Assembly: GCA_022825505.1 (NCBI GenBank)
Contig: JAJDWR010000030.1
Span: 39,169 to 103,168, forward strand
Source: Gammaproteobacteria bacterium
Lineage (GTDB): Bacteria > Pseudomonadota > Gammaproteobacteria > Steroidobacterales > Rariloculaceae
DNA length: 64,000 nt
Direction: 5' to 3'
Shown: piece by piece, positions 9,340 to 17,602 of the stretch
How the letters are laid out: every line of letters starts with the position of its first letter
Position numbering within the stretch: the first letter of the stretch is position 1
Translations under genes and position numbers: made by a program
The notes under the pieces: model-generated
What the model was told of the DNA's origin: nothing
The model's database searches: none
Seen by the model: only the letters and a program-made list of their open reading frames with translations

Positions 9340-10539
9340 ATGGTAAGAAACCAAAGACGCAACCTGACGATCCTGTTTTTTTCGCAGGGCATACTCGGGG
9401 CGCAGATTCCCGTCAATTTCATCCTTGGCGGGCTGGCGGGCGCCTTGCTCGCCGGGAATCCCGCGCTGGCCACTTTGCCGATCTCGATCATCGTTCTGGT
9501 CGCAATGTTCGTCTCCCCCGGCGCGTCGCTGTTCATGGGCCGCTACGGGCGTCGCGCCGGGTTTCTTCTGGGAAGCGCTGCCGGGGCGGTGGGCGGCACG
9601 CTCGCCGTTCTCGCGCTGTTCGAAGGGCGGTTCGACTGGCTGTTGCTGGGCGCCGGATTCACCGGCGTGTTTCAGGCGTTCCAGGTGTTTTTCCGATTCG
9701 CGGCGGCCGACGCGGCGTCGGAGGAATTCAAGCCCAAGGCGATTTCCCTGGTACTGGGCGCCGGCCTGATCAACGCGATACTCGCCGGAGAGGTCGTGCG
9801 CCTGCTGGGCGATGCGCTGGATCCGGTGCCCTATGCAGGCGCGTACGCGGGCGTCATCGCGCTGAATTTCATCGGCGCCAGCATCGTGATGTTCCTGCGG
9901 ATCCCGAGGCCTCCGCGGCAATCCGAATCCGGCGGTGTCGCGCGCCCGCTAGGGGTTATTTTCAGGCAGCCCAGGGTCATCACGGCCGTGCTCTGTGCCA
10001 TGGTGAGCTACGCGGTGATGAATCTCGTCATGACATCAACTCCCCTGGCGATCGTTGGCAATGGATTTACCACCAACCATGCCGCGGACATCGTTCGCTG
10101 GCACGTCGTGGCCATGTTTGCGCCGAGCTTTGTCACCGGGCACATCATCGCCCGCGTCGGCCATCTGCCGGTCATCGGCACGGGATTGATGCTGCTCGGC
10201 GTCTGTTCGGCGATCGCGCTGACCGGCATGGATCTGCACCACTTCTATCTCGCGCTGGTGGCGCTGGGTGTCGGCTGGAACTTTGGTTTCGTCGGCGCCA
10301 CCAGCCTGCTCGCCTCGGCGCATACCCCCGAGGAGCAGGCGAAGGTCCAGGGCCTCAACGACTTCCTGGTATTCGGGCTGGTGGCATTTGCCTCGTTCAG
10401 TTCGGGCGCACTGCTCAACGCGTTCGGATGGACGGCGGTGCAGTTGGCAGTCCTGCCCAGCGTACTGGTCGCGCTGGCGGCCATCGCCTGGTACCGGCTG
10501 GTCCGTTCTCAGCAAAGAACGGCCGATACGCTGGCTTGA
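9340..10539 (+). CDS. MFS transporter
   Basis: About 12 hydrophobic segments, and the MGRYGRR loop typical of MFS. Start taken at the ATG at 9340 (MVRNQRRNLTILFF). The upstream part of the ORF is not hydrophobic. Confidence 0.8.
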   Translation: MVRNQRRNLTILFFSQGILGAQIPVNFILGGLAGALLAGNPALATLPISIIVLVAMFVSPGASLFMGRYGRRAGFLLGSAAGAVGGTLAVLALFEGRFDWLLLGAGFTGVFQAFQVFFRFAAADAASEEFKPKAISLVLGAGLINAILAGEVVRLLGDALDPVPYAGAYAGVIALNFIGASIVMFLRIPRPPRQSESGGVARPLGVIFRQPRVITAVLCAMVSYAVMNLVMTSTPLAIVGNGFTTNHAADIVRWHVVAMFAPSFVTGHIIARVGHLPVIGTGLMLLGVCSAIALTGMDLHHFYLALVALGVGWNFGFVGATSLLASAHTPEEQAKVQGLNDFLVFGLVAFASFSSGALLNAFGWTAVQLAVLPSVLVALAAIAWYRLVRSQQRTADTLA

Positions 10540-10609
10540 CCTTTTCGGGAAACCGCGGGCGCCATGGTCAATGCTAAACTTGGCCCCGTGGCATTAGAGG
10601 CTTGGGCTG

Positions 10610-11110
10610 ATGAGTGCCGGTTTGCCCCCAGACATTTCCAATCTGCTGACAAGGCAGCTCGCTGCCCTGCCCGAAGTGCGGTTGGCGTACCTGCACGGGA
10701 GTCGTGCCAGTGGCTCGGCGCGGCCCGCCAGCGACGTGGACGTTGCCATACTTGTCGATGATCCGCTTGCGGCGACGCCCGGCAGGATCAATCGCACGAT
10801 CCGCCGGCTTGCAGGCCGGCTGAGCGGCGAAATACCGAGTGATTCGCTGGACATCGTTCTGCTGAACAACGCGCCCGCCCTGTTGCGGCATCGGGTATTG
10901 CGCGACGGAACCTTGCTGCATGCCCGCAGCGAAACCGAGCGCGTGCGATTCGCGATCCATTCCATGCGCGAGTACCAGGACATCGAGCCTCGTCTCGCGG
11001 AGCACCGGCGGCGCCGAATCGCGCGCCTGAAAGGAGGAAGAATCCGTGGTCGATCGGGAGATATTCTCGAGGCGGCTCGACGCGCTCGACTTGTACCTGG
11101 AGCGGGTTGA
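10610..11110 (+). CDS. nucleotidyltransferase-domain antitoxin (MNT/MntA-like)
   Basis: Minimal NTase motif LHGSRASGSARPASDVDVAILV. Lies immediately upstream of a HEPN gene. Confidence 0.8.
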   Translation: MSAGLPPDISNLLTRQLAALPEVRLAYLHGSRASGSARPASDVDVAILVDDPLAATPGRINRTIRRLAGRLSGEIPSDSLDIVLLNNAPALLRHRVLRDGTLLHARSETERVRFAIHSMREYQDIEPRLAEHRRRRIARLKGGRIRGRSGDILEAARRARLVPGAG

Positions 11111-11459
11111 ACACCTCGGCGGCGTCCCGGAAGCCGAGTTCGCGGAAACGCCCACCATCCACGATCTCGCCGAGCGCTACCTGCATCTGGCAATGGAGGC
11201 GGCCATCGATCTGGCAAACCACTGGATAGCCGATCATGCGCTTCGCACTCCCGAGTCCAACCGCGATGCCTTTTCCGTACTCGAGGAAGACGGAGAAATC
11301 GAGGCGGCTCTTGCCGAACGGCTGCGCGGTTGGGCGGGGTTCCGAAACATTCTGGTTCACCAATACGTCAATATCGATCACCGTATCGTGTATCGGGCAA
11401 TCCAGGAAGACCTGGACGATCTCGTGGCGTTGCGCAGATGGGCGGCGGGCAAGCTCTGA
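11046..11459 (+). CDS. HEPN/DUF86 toxin (HepT-like)
   Basis: 137 aa with the Rx4-6H HEPN motif (RNILVHQY). GTG start overlaps the MNT ORF by 65 nt. Confidence 0.85.
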   Translation: MVDREIFSRRLDALDLYLERVEHLGGVPEAEFAETPTIHDLAERYLHLAMEAAIDLANHWIADHALRTPESNRDAFSVLEEDGEIEAALAERLRGWAGFRNILVHQYVNIDHRIVYRAIQEDLDDLVALRRWAAGKL

Positions 11460-11598
11460 ACCAATAATCGAAGCCGGTCGCTGTGGCGGTGCCAGGCGGT
11501 TCCTGCGAAAGCTGCCTGGCGGCGCCTGGCTCCACATTTCCTCCACATGGAGTCGGTAAGCTATTGGCAACAAGCGTCCGGGAGGCTGAGCGCGCTCA

Positions 11599-12735
11599 GT
11601 GCAGAACATGAACCGAATTTGCATCACCATCATTGCCTTTGGAATCGCCGCAGGCGCCTACGCGCATCATTCCGCTGCGCCGCATTTCGACATGGACAAT
11701 CCCGTAACGGTCGAAGGCGTCATCACCGAGCTCAGGCTGGTGAATCCGCACGCCTACGTGTATTTCGACGTGACCGACGACACCGGGGAGGTTGCCAACT
11801 GGCGTTGCGAGCTGGCCGGGGGAACAGGCATGAGACGGCGCGGCTGGACCGACGATTCCCTGGTGCCGGGCCAGGCGATTACCATGACCGGTGCGCCCGC
11901 CCGCCGCGAGGACCGCGTCTGCTATACGAACTTCATCGAATTCGAGGACGGCACCCGAATCGCCCGGAACGATCCTCCGCCGGGCTTCGAAACGGCTCCG
12001 CCGGCGGACGCTCCGGAAGCGCCGGAGACCTGGACGGCCTACCTGCCCAACGGTCAACCCAACCTCGGCGGCCCCTGGGTCCGGCAGGGGATGGGCGGCG
12101 GCATGGGGCCTCCTCCCGGGGGAGCGGCCGCGGGTCCGGGCGGAATGGGCCCGGCGCCGGGCGGCATGGCAGGCGGTGCGCCGGGAGGCGGGCGCCCGGC
12201 GCCCACCGAGGCCGGTCTGGCCGCGGCCGCGGATTACGAGCAGCCGTTCGACGATCCCGCCATACACTGTCACCCGGCGAACATCATCTTCGGCTTCACC
12301 CACGACAGTCATGTGAACGACATCTACCAGGCTGACGATACCGTCACGATCCAGTACGGCTACATGGATCTGGTCAGAACGGTTCACCTGGACCGGACGG
12401 AACACCCGGACGACATCGTGCCCAGCGTCGGCGGCCACTCCATCGGCCGGTGGGAGGGCGACGTGCTGGTGGTCGACACGGTGGGATTCGAGCAGGGCAT
12501 CGTGTTTCCGCTCGGCGACGGACTCATGCACAGCGCGGACATGCAGGTGACCGAGCGGTTCGAGGTCAGGGACGAAGGCCAGACCCTGGTGCGCGCCTAC
12601 GTCGCTCACGATCCGGCTTTCCTGCAGACCGACTGGGTCGGAGAGAGTGTCTTTCTGCGCACGAGCGAGCCCTACAGACCTTACAACTGCACGGAGCTGA
12701 GCGGCGACAACAACCGCCGGCCGGCGCCGGAGTAG
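11599..12735 (+). CDS. exported two-domain protein: HH...NPH module + Met/Gly/Pro linker + two-Cys 'GRWEGD' domain
   Basis: Signal peptide ends AYA, followed by HHSA. Motifs LVNPHAYV, HCHPANI...GGHSIGRWEGDVLVVDT...YNCTE. Alternative start at the ATG at 11608. Confidence 0.85.
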   Translation: MQNMNRICITIIAFGIAAGAYAHHSAAPHFDMDNPVTVEGVITELRLVNPHAYVYFDVTDDTGEVANWRCELAGGTGMRRRGWTDDSLVPGQAITMTGAPARREDRVCYTNFIEFEDGTRIARNDPPPGFETAPPADAPEAPETWTAYLPNGQPNLGGPWVRQGMGGGMGPPPGGAAAGPGGMGPAPGGMAGGAPGGGRPAPTEAGLAAAADYEQPFDDPAIHCHPANIIFGFTHDSHVNDIYQADDTVTIQYGYMDLVRTVHLDRTEHPDDIVPSVGGHSIGRWEGDVLVVDTVGFEQGIVFPLGDGLMHSADMQVTERFEVRDEGQTLVRAYVAHDPAFLQTDWVGESVFLRTSEPYRPYNCTELSGDNNRRPAPE

Positions 12736-12778
12736 AACGCCGTCATCGGAGTAGTTGTCAGCGATGGGGTGCTCTTGA

Positions 12779-13855
12779 GTGATTCGGGTGGCTGTAGCGT
12801 CGCGGGACCGGCAAGCTGATCCCCTGCGGAGGGCGGGACCCTTCATCTCGCGCATTCTGAGCGTGCTGACGCTTTCAGTCGCGCCGGCGGTCGCCGACGC
12901 CCATCATTCCTTCGCGATATACACTGACGAGATCACCGAAATCGAGGGTGAACTGGTCGACATTCACTGGGGCAATCCCCATGTGCACCTGACGGTTCGC
13001 GTTGCCGATTCGGGCCAGGACGCGGATTGGACGCTGGAGACCGGCAATCCCTATGTTCTGCAGCGCAGAGGGTTGCCGCAGGAACTTTTCCGCCGGGGCG
13101 ACACGATCAGAGCCGCCGGCCGGATTCACCGGGCGCAGGCCGCGCAGCTCTGGCTGCACAATTTGATGCTCGGTGACGGGCAGGAACTGCTGATGATCGC
13201 CGGCGTCGAGCCCCGTTGGAATGAAGTCGCCCTGGGCGGGGACGGCAGCGGCGTACCCGTCGAGGATGCAATCGCCCAGGATCGCGGTCTGTTCCGGACC
13301 TGGAGCCGGCCTGTGCTGCGGCCGATCGCCTACGGTGAGGGCCTTCCTTACCGGCGGGAACCTGGTTCAGGTGGTGCGGAGTGGCTCGCGCGAATGGACG
13401 AGTTCGCCGCCCGCTGCGAATCGGTGGGCATGCCCGGGGTGATGGCGACTCCCTATCCGATCGAGTTCCGCGACAATGGGTCATGGATCCGCTTGATCGG
13501 GTTTTCCAACAATGCGCTGATCGACCGCACCATCCATATGGAGAGTGCTGCGGCCGCAGCGGTACGCGAACCGAGCCGCTTCGGCCATTCGACAGGCCGC
13601 TGGGCAGCCGCCAACCGGCTCGAGGTCACGACGACGCATATAGACTGGCCTTATTTCGATGACAGCCTGGGGACACTCCAGAGCGATCTGGTCGAGACGC
13701 ATGAAACCTTTATCCTGAGCGAAGATCAGCGGCGTCTGGACTACGAAATGATCGTTTCCGATCCGGAAACGTTTACCCAGCCCGCCACGGCCATGGAAAC
13801 CCATTGGCTTGCGCTGGGGGAGTCGCTCGCCGAGCCGACGCATTGCGTGGAGTAA
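12779..13855 (+). CDS. exported two-domain protein: HH...NPH module + two-Cys 'GRW' domain
   Basis: Signal peptide ends ADA, followed by HHSF. Motifs WGNPHVHL, ARCESVGMP...FGHSTGRW...THCVE. The GTG start at 12779 is uncertain. Confidence 0.8.
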   Translation: MIRVAVASRDRQADPLRRAGPFISRILSVLTLSVAPAVADAHHSFAIYTDEITEIEGELVDIHWGNPHVHLTVRVADSGQDADWTLETGNPYVLQRRGLPQELFRRGDTIRAAGRIHRAQAAQLWLHNLMLGDGQELLMIAGVEPRWNEVALGGDGSGVPVEDAIAQDRGLFRTWSRPVLRPIAYGEGLPYRREPGSGGAEWLARMDEFAARCESVGMPGVMATPYPIEFRDNGSWIRLIGFSNNALIDRTIHMESAAAAAVREPSRFGHSTGRWAAANRLEVTTTHIDWPYFDDSLGTLQSDLVETHETFILSEDQRRLDYEMIVSDPETFTQPATAMETHWLALGESLAEPTHCVE

Positions 13856-14008
13856 TGCACGCGCCAGCTCCTGGCACGTCCACAGATTGTTGGTCGCTTG
13901 CTGCGACCGCGCGGCGAAAAGGGAAATTGCCCAGCGTTAATGAGTGCAATTAGACCATGACGTTATAATCAGTTGCCATAAGGAAGAACGCGTTTCCCGC
14001 GGAGGTGA

Positions 14009-15553
14009 ATGGACATGTGGAGACTACTGGTTTGCGCAGTTGTTTTATTGATCGGATCGGCTTGTTCGCAGTCCGATGGCACATCGGAAATGGCTTCGGA
14101 TGCCGAAGTCCAGCCTGCAGCCGTTGGAGACTCGGCGTCCCCGGAAGCCCTGACGACCTATGGCGAAACCGATTTTGAAGCTACGGGCTCCCCCGAGGCC
14201 TATCCCACTTTCCTCCGGGGCCTGCTGCAATTGCACAACTTCGAATTCGAGGACGCCCGGGCGAGCTTTGTCGAAGCGCAGCAAATCGACCCCGAGTTCT
14301 ACATGGCCTACTGGGGCGAAGCGCTCTCCCACAAGCAGCCACTCTGGAACCGGGAGGACCTCCCGGCGGGTCGGGCAGCATTGGCGAAGCTGGCTCCCAC
14401 CGCCGCGGAACGGCTGGAACTTGCGCCGACCGAGCGCGAGCGTGCCTACATGGCTGCGGCCAACCGGCTCTTCTCCGAAGACGGCACGGAGCTTGAGATC
14501 GAGACGGACTACGCCGAGATGCTCGGAGGGATCTACGAACGCTGGCCGGACGATCTCGACGCCGGTGCGCTGTACGCTCTGGGGATCCTGACCACCAGCC
14601 ACAACGGCCGCGAGTTCGACAAATACATGCGGGCAGGGGCGATAACCGAGGAAATCCTCGACAAGAATCCGCTCCACCCCGGCGCGCTGCATTACAACAT
14701 CCACAGCTTCGACGACCCGATCCATGCGCCGCTGGGCCTGCGTGCGGCGCGCGTCTACTCCGACGTCGCGCCGGATGCCGTACATGCCCTGCACATGCCG
14801 TCCCATATCTTCCTGGCGCTGGGCGATTTCGAGGGTACCCGGGACCTCAATCGGCGTGCCTACAACGTCTCTGTGGAGCGTAGCTCGGGACAGGACGGCG
14901 TGCTGTTCCGCAACGAGGCCTACCATACCCATAGCTGGCTGCTGTATGCGCTGGTCCAGTTGCACGAACTGGACGAAGCCAGGGAGATGCTGGATTTCCT
15001 GGCGAGCCAGATCGAGAAGGGCGACGACATGGCGCCTGGGCAGCTCATCATGGGCCGGGCGTTCTACATGCTGGAAACCGGCGCCTGGGACGATCCGCTG
15101 ATGGACCTGGAGGTCGACCTGGGTGGGGTCAGCCCCATGCACCTTGCCACGGAACACTACATCCGTGCCCGCCAGGCTCTGGCGCAGAATGACCTGGAGT
15201 CGATGGAGCGGCACGTGAACGAAATTGCCGTTCCGGATAGTTCCGGTCCGGCGGCGCGGGATGCGGTACCGCGTGTGCTGAAGGACATCGGCCAGGGGCA
15301 ACTGTTGATTGCCCAAGGCAATGGCGACGACGGCATGGAACTGCTGAAGGCCGCGGCAGAGCTGGAGCACTCCCTGCCACCGTTCATCGGCCCACCGGTC
15401 ATCGTGCAGCCCGCGGGCGAGGCGGCCGGCGATGCCTTGCGGGCGATGGGCGACGATGAGGAGGCCGCCCGTTACTACAACATGACCCTGGAGCGCGCCG
15501 TCAACAAGACACGCTCGCAAATTGCGGTCGACGCGATTCGCGCAGGCGGCTGA
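14009..15553 (+). CDS. TPR-like lipoprotein, function unknown
   Basis: 514 aa. Lipobox LLIGSAC. Helical-repeat composition with a His-rich core (HYNIHSFDDPIHAP...HALHMPSHIF). Confidence 0.75.
   Translation: MDMWRLLVCAVVLLIGSACSQSDGTSEMASDAEVQPAAVGDSASPEALTTYGETDFEATGSPEAYPTFLRGLLQLHNFEFEDARASFVEAQQIDPEFYMAYWGEALSHKQPLWNREDLPAGRAALAKLAPTAAERLELAPTERERAYMAAANRLFSEDGTELEIETDYAEMLGGIYERWPDDLDAGALYALGILTTSHNGREFDKYMRAGAITEEILDKNPLHPGALHYNIHSFDDPIHAPLGLRAARVYSDVAPDAVHALHMPSHIFLALGDFEGTRDLNRRAYNVSVERSSGQDGVLFRNEAYHTHSWLLYALVQLHELDEAREMLDFLASQIEKGDDMAPGQLIMGRAFYMLETGAWDDPLMDLEVDLGGVSPMHLATEHYIRARQALAQNDLESMERHVNEIAVPDSSGPAARDAVPRVLKDIGQGQLLIAQGNGDDGMELLKAAAELEHSLPPFIGPPVIVQPAGEAAGDALRAMGDDEEAARYYNMTLERAVNKTRSQIAVDAIRAGG
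15490..15553 (+). repeat. direct repeat copy 1 (3' end of TPR-lipoprotein gene including stop)
   Basis: 58/64 nt identical to 17474..17537 by manual alignment. Encodes ERAVNKTRSQIAVDAIRAGG*. Confidence 0.85.
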
Positions 15554-15606
15554 CGCAATTCGGCATCGAGCGGCCTCGTCAGAGGGCGAGCCGCCCGGTT
15601 CCAGGC

Positions 15607-17361
15607 TTACAGCGCGGCCAGGGGATCGGTCCCGTGGTGAAAGCCGCCCTGATCCCGCACCACTCGGGCGGTCCCTGACTCGTCGTAGTGCACCCAGACC
15701 AGGCCATGCAGGTCCCCGCCGCCCGGGATATCGATGATGCCCTTGCGCTCCCGCGTCAGCGCATCGAAGACGTAGATGGCGCCTTCGTAGTTGCTGGTTG
15801 CCCAGAATTCGTTGCCGCCCGGCGACAACAGGATGTGGTCGACCCGATACGCGGAAAACAGAACGTCCAGGCTGTTGCCGGTGGCGGTTTCGTACACGGT
15901 GACGGTGCGTCCGCCCACCAGGCCCGTGGCTTCGCCCTTGTCGGCGATCCAGACTTCCGAAGAGTCCGCATTCACGCTGCAGCCGTAGGGGCCGGGTCCC
16001 GTGGGCCGGGCCCAGGCGATCTCGCCAGTGTCGATGTTGATCCGGCTCACGGTGTTGTTGCCGGTGCTGGGCACGTACATGTGGCTGGAATCGTGATCGA
16101 AACAGATCCAGTCGGCGCGGTGCCCCGGATGGGGGTACTCCTGCAATACCTCCCAGGTGTCCGGGTCAATCCTTGCCACCCAGGATGCGGGCACCATGGT
16201 GAGTTCGCCGCGCAGGTACCGGCGCGCCGCCTGCATTCCGTAACCGTTGGGCTCGACGAGTACATAGATGAATTCGTTGTCGGTCCAGGCCGTATAGGCG
16301 TTGCCGCCCAGGTCCGACTCGTGGAATCCGCCGATGATCGTGTCGGTTTCGGGATCGAAGAGATAGGCGGTCAGCCCGTCCTCGTCCTGTGCGAATGAAT
16401 CGATGAGCATGTAGCGATCCCGGAAGACCTGGGCGTGGTGCATGCGTCCGCCGACGGCCAGTTGCCTGACCGGCTGCAGGGTGAGGGCATCGACCTTGAG
16501 AATGCTGGCCGCGGCTCTCGACAGTCCGGGCGGTGCACCCGTGGGTTCCAGGTCTCCGTCAGGCGCCGCACCGGAGATGTAGACATAGCGGCCGTCCGGC
16601 GACAACGCAGTGGAATGAACGGAGCTGCGAAGCTCGGCCGGAATCTCGTAGTAGGCGATGACTTCAAGGGTTTCGGCATCGCCCACCACCACCTTCATGC
16701 CTTCAGGCGTGAAGGTCTCGCCTGTTGTGAGATTCCGGGTTCCGCGCGTGCCGACGTTTTCATAGAAGTAGGTCTTGCCGGGCTCGGGCGTGAACTTGGG
16801 CTCTCCGGAGTCGAATTCCGCTGTCACGGTGACGTCGTAGGTGCGCAGCAGACTGCCTGGGCGGGCCCGCCTCTCCCAGGTGTCCACCACCGCCGAGAAG
16901 TCCTCGACGGCCCGGATCATCGCGTCGCGCTCGCTGGCGGTTGCGGATGGTGCGGTGGCCGGTTCCGCCGGCGCATCGGCCGTTTCGGGCTCAGGCGCCT
17001 GGGCCTGCAATGCGGCTACGTCTATGGCGCCCTCTTCACCGCCCGTCAATTCCCGAATGAAGACGGACAGTGCCAGCAGATCATCCGGCGTGGCGTTCAG
17101 CATATCGGCCAGTTCGGCCATTTCCGGATTGGTTCGGAGCTGGTAGTCGATCGCGCGAGGGGTGACGCTCGCATCGAGCGACGGGGCGAGCAGGCCGCCG
17201 GCCCCGTCCGCGCCGTGGCAGTCCACGCACGAATCCGTCAGGAAGAACAGTTCGCGTCCGCGCTCGGACAATTCGGCGACACTGTGTGTGGTGTCCTGGG
17301 GCGCATTGGTACAGGACACCAACGCAATGGAAACCAATGGAAGAACGGACAAATCTCTCAT
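15607..17361 (-). CDS. lipoprotein: N-terminal c-type cytochrome domain fused to a beta-propeller
   Basis: Lipobox IALVSC. Heme motif CVDCH. The C-terminal ~400 aa resemble YVTN/lactonase-like propeller repeats (DGRYVYISG, SEVWIADKG, NEFWATSNYEGAIYVFD). Confidence 0.8.
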   Translation of the reverse strand: MRDLSVLPLVSIALVSCTNAPQDTTHSVAELSERGRELFFLTDSCVDCHGADGAGGLLAPSLDASVTPRAIDYQLRTNPEMAELADMLNATPDDLLALSVFIRELTGGEEGAIDVAALQAQAPEPETADAPAEPATAPSATASERDAMIRAVEDFSAVVDTWERRARPGSLLRTYDVTVTAEFDSGEPKFTPEPGKTYFYENVGTRGTRNLTTGETFTPEGMKVVVGDAETLEVIAYYEIPAELRSSVHSTALSPDGRYVYISGAAPDGDLEPTGAPPGLSRAAASILKVDALTLQPVRQLAVGGRMHHAQVFRDRYMLIDSFAQDEDGLTAYLFDPETDTIIGGFHESDLGGNAYTAWTDNEFIYVLVEPNGYGMQAARRYLRGELTMVPASWVARIDPDTWEVLQEYPHPGHRADWICFDHDSSHMYVPSTGNNTVSRINIDTGEIAWARPTGPGPYGCSVNADSSEVWIADKGEATGLVGGRTVTVYETATGNSLDVLFSAYRVDHILLSPGGNEFWATSNYEGAIYVFDALTRERKGIIDIPGGGDLHGLVWVHYDESGTARVVRDQGGFHHGTDPLAAL

Positions 17362-17473
17362 GACTTTCCCTGGATTTCTCCCTCGCTGCCGAGTGGGCTA
17401 ACTTACTCCACCCGCCGGCGATTTGCGAACGCCAATCCACAGGAAGGCGGCATCGCGCGCGGCGCCAGGCGCC

Positions 17474-17537
17474 GGAACGCGCCGTCAACAAGACACGGTC
17501 GCAAATGGCGGTCGGCGCGATTCGCGCAGGAGCCTGA
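17474..17537 (+). repeat. direct repeat copy 2 (orphan copy of the TPR-gene 3' end)
   Basis: Would encode ERAVNKTRSQMAVGAIRAGA* in the same frame as copy 1, with the TGA conserved. It lies in an intergenic region. Confidence 0.85.
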
Positions 17538-17602
17538 AATAATATTGATTTGGCGTTTGGATTGGACTATGTTTATTGAAATTCACAAAGGTACAGTCCG
17601 CC

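Noticed and set aside
5664-9536. Full 1290-aa version of the pyruvate carboxylase ORF
   Set aside because: The first 144 codons have no similarity to biotin carboxylase N-termini. The canonical MSRKINKLLVANRSEIA start is at 9104.
13964-13969. TATAAT hexamer upstream of the TPR-lipoprotein gene as a sigma-70 -10 box
   Set aside because: There is no acceptable -35 element at 16-18 nt spacing, so I cannot support a promoter call by eye.
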